A stretch of DNA of 64,000 bases, taken from Octopus sinensis. Lineage: Eukaryota. This document shows, piece after piece, positions 36,508 to 50,494 of this stretch. A model generated the notes under the pieces. The model was not told the origin of the DNA. It ran no database searches and saw only the letters and a program-made list of their open reading frames with translations. Position 1 is the stretch's first letter. The number at the start of each line of letters is the position of its first letter. The stretch spans positions 24,428,001 to 24,492,000 of the forward strand of contig NC_043018.1 of the NCBI RefSeq assembly GCF_006345805.1. The letters run 5' to 3'. Both the position numbers and the translations under genes were made by a program.

Positions 36508-39090
36508 CTGAAAAGACAAAAGAAAATTAACAAAACCGATTTATTTTTTCTTTCTTTCGACTAAAGGCACAAAGCCTGAAATTTTTTTGGTGGTGGGGGT
36601 GGGGTGAGGGTGATGTGCCAGTCCCTATGCACCAAAGGTCCCTATATTGGTCCCTATGCGCCAAAGGTTCTTATTTTATTGACTCTGAAAGAATGAAAGG
36701 CAAAGACAACCTCAGAAGAATTTGTGCTTGGAACGTAAAAAACTGAAAGAAATGCTGAGCATTTCATGTGATTCATTTAAGAATTCTGCCAGCTTGTTGC
36801 CTTCTTTCTAATTTTGGCACAGGGCCAGCAATTTTGAAGGGAGGTGGCAAGTGATTACATCGACCTCAGCATCAAGTACTGGGGGTTCAATGTACTCAAC
36901 TGGTCCTTTATTTTATTGACTCCAAAAGGACGGAAAGCAAAGTTAACTCTGGCAGAATTTGAACTTACAATGTTTTATGCCAGAAGAAATACTGGTAGAC
37001 ATTTTGGCTACAAGAATAATAACGGTGAATGCCTTTTGCTGTTTTCACTCGATGGGAATAATGGTTGAGACATTATAAAAGAAGTGGATCTTACAGAATT
37101 GAGCAAAAGAATATAGGTACGTAAAACAACAATGAACAAAAACTGACATGAATATTCCCTAATAGGGGACACAGCGGTCTGAAATCAAAACAGAGAACTA
37201 CCCCACAGTTCTAACATTACCCTGGCAATGAAGAGCAGGTGCCTTGCCCACATTCCTCTTTGACTGTTGAGGGCAGATTTTCTGTGGTTGGAAGCTCTTC
37301 CTGTTTTTTTCTACTCTAGGCACAAGGCCCGAAATTTTGGGGGAGGGAGCTAGTCAATTAGATTGACCCCAGTACGTAGCTGGTACTTAATTTATCGATC
37401 CCAAAAGGATGAAAGGCAAAGTCGACCTTGGCAGAATTTGAACTCAGAATGTAAAGACAGATGAAATACTGCTAAGCATTTTGCCTGACGTGCTTACATT
37501 TCTGCCAGCTCTTCCTGTTGCCAACTCTTTTCTGTTTCCAAGAAAGGTAATATTTCTCCATGGCTTGGCATGTCTTCAAAGAATATTGGAAATGAATGAC
37601 ACTGCCTGTATGACAGGGACACTCATTTACGACAATCATGAAGTGTCAAGATGAGGAAACACAAGTGAACACGTAACTATAGATACATAAATACACACAC
37701 ATATATTTTTATACATACACACATACATCATCATCGTTTAACGTCTGCCTTCCATGCTAGCATGGGTTGGACGGTTTGACCGGGGATCTGGGAAGCCAGG
37801 AGGCTACACCAGGCTCCGGTCTTATCTGGCAATGTTTCTACAGCTGGATGCCCTTCCTAACGCCAACCACTCCGTGAGTGTAGTGGGTGCTTTTTACGTG
37901 CCACCTGCACTGGAGCCAGGTGAGGCTGGCATCGGCCACGGTCGGATTGGTGCATTTTACGTGCCACCTGCACGGAAGCCAGTCGAGGCGGCACTGGCTT
38001 CGGCCACGATTCGGATGGTGCTTTTTACGTGCCACCGACACGGACATATATATATACAATATATATATAAATATATATATATACAATAGGCTTCTTTCAG
38101 TTTCCATCTACCAAGTTCACTCACAAGGCTTTGGCTGGCTCAAGGTTGTAGTTAAAGACACTTGTCCAAGAGGCCATGCTGTAGAACAGAACTTGAAACT
38201 ACGTAACTTGGAAACAAACTTCTTAATTACACACACACAAATATGAGGACTGTCCATTTCTATCTGAAGAAGACCATCACTAACTATTAAAAGAATCATG
38301 CAGTCAACAAAAACTCTTTTATAGTCATACACACACACACACACACACACACAGAATCATCATACACAACCAGGTTATTTAAATTTCCATCACCCAAATC
38401 CACCTACAAGGCTTTGGTCAGCCTGAAGGAATGGTAAAAATGCTTCCCAGTCCCACTGTGTGGCACTTTGGCCAAGTGTCTTCTACTATAGCCAGAGGCC
38501 AGCCAAAACTTTGCAGCTGGATTTGGTAGATGGAAACTGAAAGAAGCCTGTTGTGTATATGTGTATGTGTGTGATTGCTTGTTTCCTTGTATTGTCATTG
38601 TATGATGGTTGTAAATGACTGTCATCGTCATCATACAAGCAATGTCATTCATTTCCAATATTCTGTGAAAACTTGTCTGGCCATGGGGGAATATTACCTC
38701 CCTTGATTGGAAACATGAGGGTTGGTGACAGGAAAGGCTTCCAGCCATAGAAGCTCTGCCACAGTAAAACACTGTTTGACCCATGCAAGCATGGAAAAGT
38801 GGGTGTTAAAACGATGACACACACACATGCGTATCATCATTTTAACACTCTGTGTGTGTGTGTGTGTGCAAGACATAAATGATGTCCCTGTTTTGTTTTC
38901 TACATGGACTCTGTATAACACTAAATATGGACTTTATAGCAAAGGATACAATTTCCAATACATACACAGAAATACACATGGAGTTCTAGACACTTGTTAC
39001 TTGTCATGCAATTTAAGATATAAATCACACAGGATGAATACATACACTTATATGTGTTTGTGTGTGCATGTGTGCGTGTATATATATATT

Positions 39091-39302
39091 AAGGTGGCAA
39101 GCTGGCAGAAACGTTAGCTTGCCGGGTGAAATGCTTAGCAGTATTTCATCTATCTTTACGTTCTGAGTTCAAATTCCATTGAGGCCGACTTTGCCTTTCA
39201 TCCTTTCGGGGTCGATAAATTAAGTACCAGTCGTGTACTGGGGTCGATCTAATCAACTGGACCCCTCCCCAAAAATTCCAGGCCTTGTACCAAGAGTAGA
39301 AA

Positions 39303-39334
<32 letters not shown>

Positions 39335-40502
39335 AAACTTGTGTATTGTTGTTATTTAGCCCCAAGACAGGTCTGATGAAACAGACTTTCGTTTACAATC
39401 CCTTTAGGCATGATAATCCAGTCTTTATATATATAAATCATGGACTTACCCTTTTTCGTTTTTTTAAGTAATAGTAGAGAGTGATTGGACTGCTATTTCT
39501 AGCATGCCTTGTCCACATAGAAATCCACCTTGTTTCCTTTTGCCCTGTGTGTGTGTGTGTATGTGTGTGAGGGTGTGTGAAAGTGTATGTGGATGGGTTG
39601 GTTCATCAGGATTTCATTGTTTAACGCTGTTGTCTGTTACACGGCGAAATTTATAAACACCTGCGTATATGCGTATGCATTGCTATTTATGAAGAATGCA
39701 CACACATACACACACACATGTATGTATGTGTATATGTGTGTATGTATAGGTATGTATATTTGAATGTATGCATGCACACACATTTACACAAGTAAGCACA
39801 CTCATGTGTGTATGTGTGTGTGTGTGAAACTACATACATATGCACATTCTTATTTCTGAAAATAATTTGCATGTGTGCATACGTGTATGCATGTGTGTGT
39901 GTATATGTATACACACATGTATGTAAATATATATTTACTAACACATATACATACATACATATGCATATAAATATATATACACACACACACATATGCATAT
40001 AAATATATATACACACACACATATGCATATAAATATATACACACACACACATATGCATATAAATATATATACACACACACACATATGCATATAAATATAT
40101 ATACACACACACACATATGCATATAAATATATACACACACACACCATATGCATATAAATATATATACAACACACACACATATGCATATAAATATATATAC
40201 CACACACACACATATGCATATAAATATATATACACACACACATATATATTATATATATATATATATATATATTAAGGTGGCAAGCTGGCAGAAACGTTAG
40301 CTTGCCGGGTGAAATGCTTAGCAGTATTTCATCTATCTTTACGTTCTGAGTTCAAATTCCATTGAGGCCGACTTTGCCTTTCATCCTTTCGGGGTCGATA
40401 AATTAAGTACCAGTCGTGTACTGGGGTCGATCTAATCAACTGGACCCCTCCCCAAAAATTCCAGGCCTTGTACCAAGAGTAGAAAAGTGTGTGTGTGTGT
40501 AT

Positions 40503-40556
<54 letters not shown>

Positions 40557-40956
40557 TTGTGTATTGTTGTTATTTAGCCCCAAGACAGGTCTGATGAAAC
40601 AGACTTTCGTTTACAATCCCTTTAGGCATGATAATCCAGTCTTTATATATATAAATCATGGACTTACCCTTTTTCGTTTTTTTAAGTAATAGTAGAGAGT
40701 GATTGGACTGCTATTTCTAGCATGCCTTGTCCACATAGAAATCCACCTTGTTTCCTTTTGCCCTGTGTGTGTGTGTGTGTGTGTGTGTGTTGTGTGTGTG
40801 TGTGTGTGTATGTGTGTGAGGGTGTGTGAAAGTGTATGTGGATGGGTTGGTTCATCAGGATTTCATTGTTTAACGCTGTTGTCTGTTACACGGCGAAATT
40901 TATAAACACCTGCGTATATGCGTATGCATTGCTATTTATGAAGAATGCACACACAT

Positions 40957-40960
<4 letters not shown>
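39091..40960. repeat. Near-identical duplication (39091-39715 and 40274-40960), each copy starting with a SINE
   Basis: aaggtggcaagctggcagaaacgttagcttgccggg at 39091 and 40274; copies differ mainly in microsatellite length. Confidence 0.92.
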
Positions 40961-41031
<71 letters not shown>

Positions 41032-41064
41032 TATACACACACACATATATACACACACATATAT

Positions 41065-41095
<31 letters not shown>

Positions 41096-41545
41096 CACAC
41101 ACATATATACACACACATATATATTATATACACACACACATATATATATATACATATATACACACACATATATTATATATATATATATATACATATATAC
41201 ACACACATATATAATATATATATATATACACACATATATATACACACATATATATATATATAATATATATACACACACCACACATATGCATATAATATAT
41301 ATACATACACACACACACACTATATATATATACACACACACACACATATATATATATACATATATACACACACACACACACACATATGCATATAATATAT
41401 ATACACACACACACACATATATATATATACATATATACACACACACACACACATACATATATATATACACACATATATATACACACACCACACATATGCA
41501 TATAATATATATACACACACACACACATATGCATATAATATATAT

Positions 41546-41597
<52 letters not shown>

Positions 41598-41600
41598 GTG

Positions 41601-41672
41601 TGTGTGTAATGGTAGCACACTTGTCGTTAAAACACGGAGGCGCAGGTTCAAGTCCCACGCCTACAGAAAACC
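41601..41672 (+). pseudogene. tRNA-like sequence (pseudo-tRNA or SINE head)
   Basis: A-box TGTGTAATGG, D-arm gtgt..acac, B-box GGTTCAAGTCC; the T-stem pairs only 3 of 5 and the acceptor stem is not evident. Confidence 0.5.
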
Positions 41673-41875
41673 CACTTTTCTCCGGTAAGGGTTTAAATGC
41701 CCCAATATTAGACTGTTTTCTTTACTCAATACATGGTGATCGCTTATATAGCTTTGAGCTTATATATAAAAAAAATATTGTTATTTACAGAATGTATATA
41801 TGTGTATATATATATATGACACAATGCAAGATCTAAAGGTAGAAATATTACAATATATATATATATATGTCCTAC

Positions 41876-41948
41876 CTCCAAACACAACCTGTCTTTCTTC
41901 CGAGACATTGGTCAACGGAATCTTTTGTTGATTCTCCATCTCAGACAT
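41876..41948 (-). CDS. STOM: Stomatin-family gene, probable coding exon 1 (MSEMENQQKIPLTNVSEERQVVFG, 73 nt, phase 1)
   Basis: ATG with A at -3 and an in-frame TAG 5 codons upstream. Donor GAG|GTAGGA in phase 1, matching exon 2. Total CDS becomes 864 nt = 287 aa + stop, a typical stomatin length. The N-terminus is not conserved, so the call rests on phase and length. Confidence 0.7.
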
Positions 41949-44059
41949 GATGTTCAGGTGCTAGGTATAATTCCAACTATAACCACTACCTCCACCACCG
42001 CCAACACTACGTAATAACAATAGTAGTAGTAGTAGTCATAACATGTAACAGTATTCCTGCTATTACTTCTACCACAACATCAACAGTGGGACCATTACAC
42101 AGGCTTGCTGCAACCACTATTGCAATGCTGGTACTGTTAATATCACCACCACAAGCAGCAGTACCACCACCACCACCACCACCACCAAAAGCAGTTAGTT
42201 ATATCCCAATTATTACAACAACAAAAGCCAACAATAGAAAGAGAGAGAGAGAGAGAGACAGAAAGAGACAGACAGACAGAGGTGAAGGTGTGAGGACAGG
42301 TGTGAGAGAAGGCAGAAGCACAGGGAGAGATAAGGGGGTGTATGAGTGCGAGCACGTGTGTGGGAGGGACGTGTAGGAAGGGAGAAGGTGTGAGGAGGGA
42401 GGGAGTGAAAGTGAGAGGGGGAGTGAGAGGAAAGGAGAGCAAGTAAGAGAGCCTTTGGCTTAATCGCACAGATTTTCTGGAAATAGCAGCCAATTCTCAC
42501 TCAAATCTAAATTTAGCAGCTTTGAAAAAAAAATGTCGCTGCGTGTTGGATAATGCGATCCTAGGTGCACTGTGGACAGACTAAAAACAAACAAAACAAG
42601 AAGTCTAGGATGGCCGTGGTTGGAATGTCTGGTCATTAGTCTGCATGATCAAAGCTGACCTGGAACTCAGTAAGAACAACAGACAAATGACAGACAAGGA
42701 ATTGAATGAAGAGACACAGATTTTGTAGAGTTGTGTCTAGTGTTTAATGATGGTGGTGGTGGGGGGGAGGTGATGGGGTAGGGGAGAGATGGAAGAGTGG
42801 AGAGGGATGAAGAATGTGGGAGGGGGAGATAAGGAGATGAGAAATGGAAAGAGAGAGAGGGTAGGGAGATGAAGAGAGAGGAGATGGTGAAAAGGGAGGG
42901 GAGAGGTGAAGACGTGGGGGGCGGGACGAGGGCGAAGAGAGAGGAAGTGATTAGAGAAAGGCAGAGCGAAGAGAGAGAGAGTGGATGCGAAGAGAAGGAT
43001 GGGAAGAGAGAGATATGGTGGGGAGGAGAAAGAGAGGGCTGTGAAGAGAGACAGGGTGGATAGAGAGGGAGGGAGGAGAGAGAAAAACTGATGAAGAGAA
43101 TAAAAAACATGTAAAGCTACATAAAAGAAATAAGAAAAAAAGGGAGCAGGAGGGGGGGGGCATTGATGAAAGGAAGGGAGTAGAGTTGCCCCACCCGCCC
43201 ACTCACCTACCGTCCCCCACCCCTATGGCACTCTGCATCCAGCTCAGCTTTTATAAACCAGTATTGTAATTAATTCAGTCAGCCTTTATTGTTGTTGTTA
43301 TTGTTGGAAGAGCAGGTTTAATGTTGGGGGTTTGAATAAACACCTTTACCTGCCCCTAACTGTCCACCCCTCTCTCTCCCTCCCTCCCTCCCGGTCTTTG
43401 TGGTTTAAGCTGATTTCAGCAACAATTAGGAAAGCAAACCTATACAAATGGCTGTTGATCTAATATAAAATGGATTACATGGTTTTCCTCTTGCTATAGC
43501 TGTTTAGCCCCAGGCTAGCAATCTGTGTTATTGAGCAAAGCACTTCATTTAACGTTGCGCCAGTCCTTCTTGTTGGCTTGCTCACTTAGTCAGCAGGGTA
43601 GCATCATTTGAAGGCTAAAATGATGCAAAGCGCATTGTGACCAGTGATATAACAACATCTGATAGTCTGGTTGGTTACGTGATCAAATGATATATACATA
43701 CACACACAAGGGCCATTGCCAGCCTCGCCTGGCCCCTGTGCCGGTGGCATGTAAAAAGCACCATCCAATCGTGGCCGTTTGCCAGCCCTCGTCTGGCACC
43801 TGTGCCGGTGGCACGTAAAAAGCACCATCCAATCGTGGCCGTTTGCCAGCCTTGTCTGGCACCTGTGCCAGTGGCACGTAAAAAGCACCCACTACACTCA
43901 CAGAGTGGTTGGCGTTAGGAAGGGCATCCAGCCGTAGAAACACTGCCAAATCAGACTGGGCCTGGCACAGCCTCCTGGCTTCCCAGACCCCAGTTGAACT
44001 ATCCAACCCATGCTAGCATGGAAAGCAGACGCTAAACGATGATGATGATGATGACACAA

Positions 44060-44870
44060 ACACACACCAGGCAGGCTATGATGCCTTTGGCTTGAAGAAA
44101 AAAGAAACATAAGCAAAGTAGTTCCAGCAAAAGCAGTGCCAGATTGCAAAATTGAAGAAAGAGCTGAAACAGTCAAGGGAACGGTGGACAGAAGCAGATG
44201 ACGGAGGAAAGATGGTCGTAGAATTTGCTTAGATGAGAGTTACAAAGAAACCTGTTCCAGCTTCACAGGGCAGAGCCATTCCAGGAAAAGCAGAAGGTGG
44301 TGAAAGGAATGGAAGGCAACAACTCCTTTGAGTTTACAGCTGACCTCCTCAGAAAGGCCAAAAGCAGGAGAATGATATGTGCCAGGAAAGGGGCAGAGAA
44401 CAGAATAGCAACAGTGCATGGTGACCCCTGAAGAAATATTCTTCTGGGAGATTTCCCCTTCCCACTGACAACACAAACTTTACACATCTTTTAATGTGGC
44501 AGGCTTCTCTTTCGATGATGGGAGGGCAATGGTAGCAAAAGCTCAAGCAGGTTCTGCTCCAGGGCCATCTGGCACCACTTATAGGATTTGCAGGGCCTTC
44601 ATGGACAGCAGAACAGACAAAAGACACTGTGGACAATTAACTCACTTGAAGAGATGGGCACATACGAAGCTTGATCTAGTAAAATCTCAAAACCTGACTG
44701 TCTTCAAAGGAAGGCTGACTAATAACATCTTCAGTATTCAGGGATCTGGGATTCTAACAATCAAAAAAAAAGGAGTCTGATCCCTTGGCAAGAATTACGA
44801 TTGTATGCTTAAGGGGTGAAAGAGAGCTAACAGTGCAAAGGGTACGTGATTCAACAGAGGAAGATTGCTG
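44060..44870 (+). mobile_element. Internally deleted Hero/NeSL-like (R2 superfamily) non-LTR relic
   Basis: QAGSAPGPSGTTYRI resembles RT-upstream SAPGPSG.PYKV, and is joined directly to WAHTKLDLVKSQNLTVFKGRL...SLGKNYD, which resembles late-RT WARM.FKP.KSRSLVLKKGK...SLGK. Family assignment is from memory. Confidence 0.55.
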
Positions 44871-45179
44871 TGTGAAGGTAGTAGGGCTCACCCACCAAGG
44901 ACAGGGGATACTGTTGGACTAAATACTCAAGCACCCATTGCCTAGAAAGAAACTGGAGTATTGACCAGTGGAAACTGTTTTACTCTTGTGTGCTGTTGCT
45001 GACCTCTCGCTAACCCCAAATAACCTTAAAATATGATGCAAAGACGACGAGAAATCCTACAGGCCTTAAAAATAACCTTAAAATATGAGGCAAAGGTGAA
45101 GGCTGATCTTTCAGAAATTTGTTAGAATACTGAGCAAAATGGTTGGCAGCAGATGTTCTAGTGTTCATATGCTGCCAGA

Positions 45180-45996
45180 GCTGACTTTATTTTATTGAAC
45201 CCAGAAGGATAAAATGTAAAGTACCAGTCAAATATGTGGGTTGGCATAAGCAACTAAAACCATCTTCAAGTTTGAGGCCATGTGCCTTATATTAATAATA
45301 ATAATAATCCATTCTACTGTGGGCACAAAGTCTGAAATTTGTAGAGAGAGGATAAGTCGATCACACTGACCCCAGTACTTGACTGGTATTCAATTCATCA
45401 ATCCCAAAAGGATGATAAAAGCAGAATTTGAACTCAGAATGTAGCGACAGATGAAATTCCACTAAGCATTTCGCCCAGTGTGCTAACAATTCTGCCAGTT
45501 TACTGCCTTAATAATAATGAATAATAATAATAATTATTATTCATTATTATTATTATTGTTATTATTATTATTATTATTATTAAGGCAGCAAGCTTGTAGA
45601 ATTGTTAGTGCGTCAGACAAAATGCTTAGCAATCATTTCTTCTGAATTTATGTTCAGAAGTCAAATACTGCCAAGGTTGACTTTGCCTTTCATCCTTTCA
45701 GGGTTGACAAAAATAAGTACCAGTTGAACACTGGAGTCAATGTAATCAATTTACCTCCTCCTCTGAAATTGCTGGCCTTGTGCCGAAATTTGAAACCATT
45801 ATTATAATTGTTATGAAGGCAGCAAGCTGGAAGAATTAATATGTCAGACAAAATGCTCAGCAGCAATCTTTTGGCCCTTTATGTTCTGAGTTCAAATTCT
45901 ATTTCGAGGCCAATAAAATAAAGTACCAGCTGAGCACAGGGGTCAATGTAATCAACTACAAAATTCCAGGCCTTGTGCCTGTAGTAGAAAGGATTA

Positions 45997-46027
<31 letters not shown>

Positions 46028-46460
46028 CATTATTATTAAAAGTGATGAGCTGGCAGAATCGCTAGCATGCTGGACGAAATGCTTAACGGCATTTTGCCTA
46101 TCGCTATGTTCTGGGTTCAAATTTTTCCGAGATTGACTTTGCCTTTCATCCTTTTGGAGTTGATAAATTAAGTACCAGTTGTGTACTGAGGTTGATCTAA
46201 TTGACTGGCCCCCATCCCCCAGAATTTCAGGCCTTGTGCCTATAGTGGAAAGGATTATTATTATTATTAAAGCAGTGAGTTCACAGAATTGTTAGTACAT
46301 TGTGGAAAATGTTAAGTGCATTTTGTCTGTCTTCACATTCTGAGTTCAAATTCCTCTGAGGTCGACTTTGCTTTTAACCCTTTTGGGAATTGATAAAGTA
46401 AGTACCAGTTGAGCACTGAGGTTGATGCAATTGACTTACCCCTTGTGCCAAAATTTGAAA
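45180..46460. mobile_element. Array of tRNA-SINE copies separated by (ATT)n/(AAT)n
   Basis: At least six copies; head aaggcagcaagctggcagaa repeatedly starts right after an ATT run. Confidence 0.85.
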
Positions 46461-46491
<31 letters not shown>

Positions 46492-46543
46492 CATTAATAT
46501 TATTATCATTATCATTATTATCATTATTATTATTATCATTATC

Positions 46544-46584
<41 letters not shown>

Positions 46585-46591
46585 CATTATC

Positions 46592-46662
<71 letters not shown>

Positions 46663-46720
46663 CATTATTATTATTATTATCATTATTATTATCATCATTA
46701 TCATTATTATCATTATTATA

Positions 46721-46751
<31 letters not shown>

Positions 46752-46916
46752 ATCATTATCATTATTATTATTATTATCATTATTATTATTATCATTATAT
46801 TATTATTATTATATCATTATTATCATTATTATTATTTTATTATTATCATTATTATTATTATCATTATATTATTATCATTATTATTATTATTATTATTATT
46901 CATTATTATTATTATC

Positions 46917-46987
<71 letters not shown>

Positions 46988-47031
46988 CATTATTATTATT
47001 ATTATCATTATTATTATTATCATTATTATTA

Positions 47032-47074
<43 letters not shown>

Positions 47075-47121
47075 TATCATTATCATTATTATTATTATCA
47101 TTATTATTATTATCATTATTA

Positions 47122-47152
<31 letters not shown>

Positions 47153-47222
47153 TATTATTATTATCATTATTATTATTATCATTATTATTATTATCATTAT
47201 TATTATTATTATTATTATCATT

Positions 47223-47263
<41 letters not shown>

Positions 47264-47265
47264 CA
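46461..47265. repeat. ~800-bp compound (ATT)n/(ATC)n microsatellite
   Basis: Direct reading; source of the poly-Ile, poly-Tyr/His and poly-Leu ORFs. Confidence 0.98.
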
Positions 47266-47631
47266 TTACATCCACCTTAGCAAAAGCAAAAGTATTGTCT
47301 TCACTTGTGCTTGTTTATTTGTTGTGGACAAGATATCTCAAGAACTGCTGGATGGATTTGGATGAAACATTTAGGAATGTTTAGCCTTGTGACTGGCATG
47401 AACTGATTAGATTTTGAGATCGATCAGGTACCAGACAAGGTTTCTGGACTATTTTCCCTGTTTTTTTTACTTAATTTTTGAGAGTGGTCAGTTTCATTTT
47501 TAGTATTCTTGTTTGTGAAAGCCATAGAGTTTATTTCAGATATTCTCATTTTAAAAATCATCTCTGGTTAATTGTTGAGAGGATGTTGGTGCTGCTTTGG
47601 TGGAGGTTTGCGCTCTCTGAGTGCTCTTGTT
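47266..47631 (+). mobile_element. Helentron-associated non-autonomous element (HINE/DINE-1-like)
   Basis: Sub-terminal inverted repeat tccaccttag (47271) / ctttggtgga (47595), 3' hairpin gcgctctctgagtgc (47610-47624), T-rich ends, no TSD. Confidence 0.7.
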
Positions 47632-49074
47632 ACTATTGTTTACTGCTTGTGTGGTGCCACGTAGCAGCACCCAGCACACTCTGTTAAGTGGTTGGTGTTA
47701 GGAAGGGCTCCAGCCATAGGAACCATGTCAAAGCAGACTGGAGTCTGGTGCAGCTCCCCAGCTTGCCAGCTCTGGTCAAACTGTCCAGCCCATGCCAGCA
47801 TGGACAGTGGACATTAAATGGTGATGATACTGACATTCACAGGAAAGGCAGGCATGATCTGATATCTATTGGATGCTATTTAGAATGTTGTTAGGTGCTT
47901 ACTGCTCACTACTAGTAGGATAAAGGGTTCAGTGAATGTTCCACCCTTGCAATCTATAGGGGATTAGTGTCAGAAGAGAGTGAGGGTTTTAATAGGGAAG
48001 CTCTGAGCATTGGCAAAAATGAACTGGCTAATCTGTTCTGGAAGATTCAGACTACTTTTGGATTGGGGACTGCCATGGATAACTTCCAGAAGTTCTTGGT
48101 CTGAGAGTGGAATTGAGGGGTTCTAACAGTTCAAGATAAACTCTACAGACATAGAAGTGCCATCAGACAGACTTGCTTTAAGATGCTCATAGACTAATAA
48201 AACCAGTTATCAACCATGAGTCTACCATGATGACTACCCCATTGCACTCCATCAACCAAAGAAGGCAGTTTTACTCACTCTGGTTGCTATAACAAAAATA
48301 GTGTAATGGACAAAGGTAAACAATAGGAAGACACAGACTTGCTTCTTTGATAGGGGCTCTCATTAACTTTTCCAAGTTTCATGTGAAAAGCAAGATGATG
48401 GGTAGAGAAGCACAGTTCCAGAATGAATTTATTGAGAAGCAAATGAGAGCGGCAAAAATGGTTTAAGTGGACAGGGTCACTCTAAGTATGGACCTGTAAA
48501 TTGGAGAATGATAATTGGAGAGGGAAAATGAGGTTGATGTAACTGACTTAACCCCACTCCTGAAATTGCTGGCCTTCAGGAAAAATTTGAAACCACATTA
48601 TTATTACTATTATTATTATCATCATGTTTTTTCCTTCTTTCTTCAAATTTTCTTCCGTTTCTCGCCGAGTGTTTCCCATACACCTAGGGCAGAGAAGGGC
48701 ATTGTATGCATTTTCAGATTACACGCGCAAATTCAAAGATAAAATATGTATTTAAAAATTAATAACTAAATAAATTCATGGATGGATGTTATTTTCACAG
48801 CGATAGTGCTTATTATTATTATTATTATTATTATTATTTGTATAATAAATAAGAGCCGGCAGAATCCTTTGCATGCTGGACAAAATGCTTTGCGGTACTT
48901 CACCTGTTGCTACATTTTGAGTTCAAATTCCACTGAGGTTGACTTTGCCTTTCATTCTTTCAGGGTCAATAAATTAAGTACCAGTGAAACACTAGGGTCG
49001 ATGTAATCGACTAGTCTCCTCCCCATGAATTTCAGGCCTTGTACCTATAGTAGAAAGGATTATTATTATTATTG

Positions 49075-49400
49075 AAGACATTGCACAGTTTCCAATGTTG
49101 TGATTGATGTTATTGTGTGCTCCAAGGGAGTCTGGGAGTTGTCCTGTCTGTTAAGTCACAACAAGGACCTCAGACAGTACTTTATGCAGTATACGTGCAG
49201 TTCCGAGTAAAACTGACTTTTACAATACCCCAAAATTGTAGGGTATTTCCAATGGGCCCAGATGTTTCTTCAGGTGAGATTGAACCCAATTCTCTGATAA
49301 CAACAGGAACAACCTTTATGTTTGACTTTCACAGCTGCCGCATCTCCACAAACTCAAATCTCAGGTTTCTGTCACTGAACTGTGGTAAGTTGTCAGTGAC
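49075..49400 (-). mobile_element. 3' fragment of an R4/Dong-like (RLE-type) non-LTR retrotransposon
   Basis: Minus strand EMRQL*KSNIKVVPVVIRELGSI then VL*KSVLLGTARILHKVL, matching LW...VVPVVIGALG...LQK..LLGTA.ILRKVL; 3' end abuts (AAT)n. Confidence 0.75.
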
Positions 49401-49559
49401 TCACATTAGGGTCCGGGTTTTGATTCCTTCTCAATCATGTACACCTTCGGTTGAACTAGGAAACACCTCCATGTCAATGCATGAGTGCCACAATGCATCC
49501 TTCGCTGTTGTTAGTCTCTCATGAATCTGAGAGTCTTAGAAAAACACCTCCAAGAAATG

Positions 49560-50300
49560 AATGTCAGCCTCGTTGTCATTGTTGATGGCAGCATCATCAC
49601 TATTGTCATAACCACTGCCGTCATTGTCATAACTTCCATCATCACTATCGTCGTCATCATCCCAATCATAGTCATCAACACTATCGTTGTCGTCGTCACT
49701 ATCATCGTCATCATCATCATCACTATCATCTTCATCATCATCAACACCATCATCACTATCGTCGTCATCGTCTCATCACTATTGTAGTCATCATTACTAT
49801 CGTTATCATCATCATCATCCCTATCACTATCATCTTGTCATCATCAACACCATCGCTATTGTCATCATCTTCATCATCATCAGTATTGTCATCATCGTCA
49901 TCACTATAGTCATCGTCATCATCATTATCACTATCGTCGTCTCATCACTATCGTCATCATCATCATCATCACTATCATCGTTGTCATCATCAACACCATC
50001 GCTATCGTCATCGTTATCATCATCATCACTATCGTCGTTGTCATCATCACTAATGTTGTTATCATCATCACTTTCACTATCATTACCACTATCACCATCA
50101 GAATCATCATCACTATCACCATCATCATCACTGCTACTGTTATTGATGCAATCACTGTTGCTACTGATCATTGTTGTTGTTGTTGTTATCATCACCCTAA
50201 TCATCATTCTTACCACCAATGTCATCACCATTATTGTCTTCACAATTATCCTCATCAGCATCACTGATATCATTATTATTGACACCCTCTTCATCATTAC
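49560..50300. repeat. Degenerate (ATC/GTC)n microsatellite
   Basis: Direct reading; produces Ser-, Ile- and Asp-rich ORFs in all frames. Confidence 0.92.
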
Positions 50301-50460
50301 CGAATGACATTACTGTCGACAGTTCCTGTCTTTCGTAATTATGAAGGGATCTTGTCGAGAGAGAATGTAAACAGAGAATGTAAACAGAGACGCATATATG
50401 TACCTATACAAATAAAGGGAAAAAGAGAGAGAGAGGACGAAGAGGCAGAGACAACAAGAG

Positions 50461-50494
<34 letters not shown>

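Noticed and set aside
39371-39390. CTGATGA as a hammerhead core (also at ~40590)
   Set aside because: The core is inside its own gtctg/cagac hairpin, has no stem II + GAAA, and belongs to a decayed SINE.
39687-41658. Cys/Val/Tyr/Ile- and His/Thr-rich ORFs
   Set aside because: Translation of (TA)n/(CA)n arrays; the same applies to 23233-23690 and, for GATA repeats, 32514-33816.
41601-41672. Functional ochre-suppressor tRNA
   Set aside because: G at position 33, broken T-stem and no acceptor stem.
42086-42376. ORF with hydrophobic N-terminus and poly-Pro as a secreted peptide
   Set aside because: Built from (CCA)n and (GA)n repeats, antisense to the stomatin 5' region, with no other support.
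46333-47384. Long poly-Ile/Leu/Tyr-His ORFs (up to 320 aa)
   Set aside because: Translation of an (ATT/ATC)n microsatellite; the same applies to 58700-59226 and 62548-62825.
49511-50307. Asp/Ser-rich ORF resembling an acidic biomineralisation protein
   Set aside because: Degenerate ATC microsatellite open in many frames, with no signal peptide or credible splice sites.
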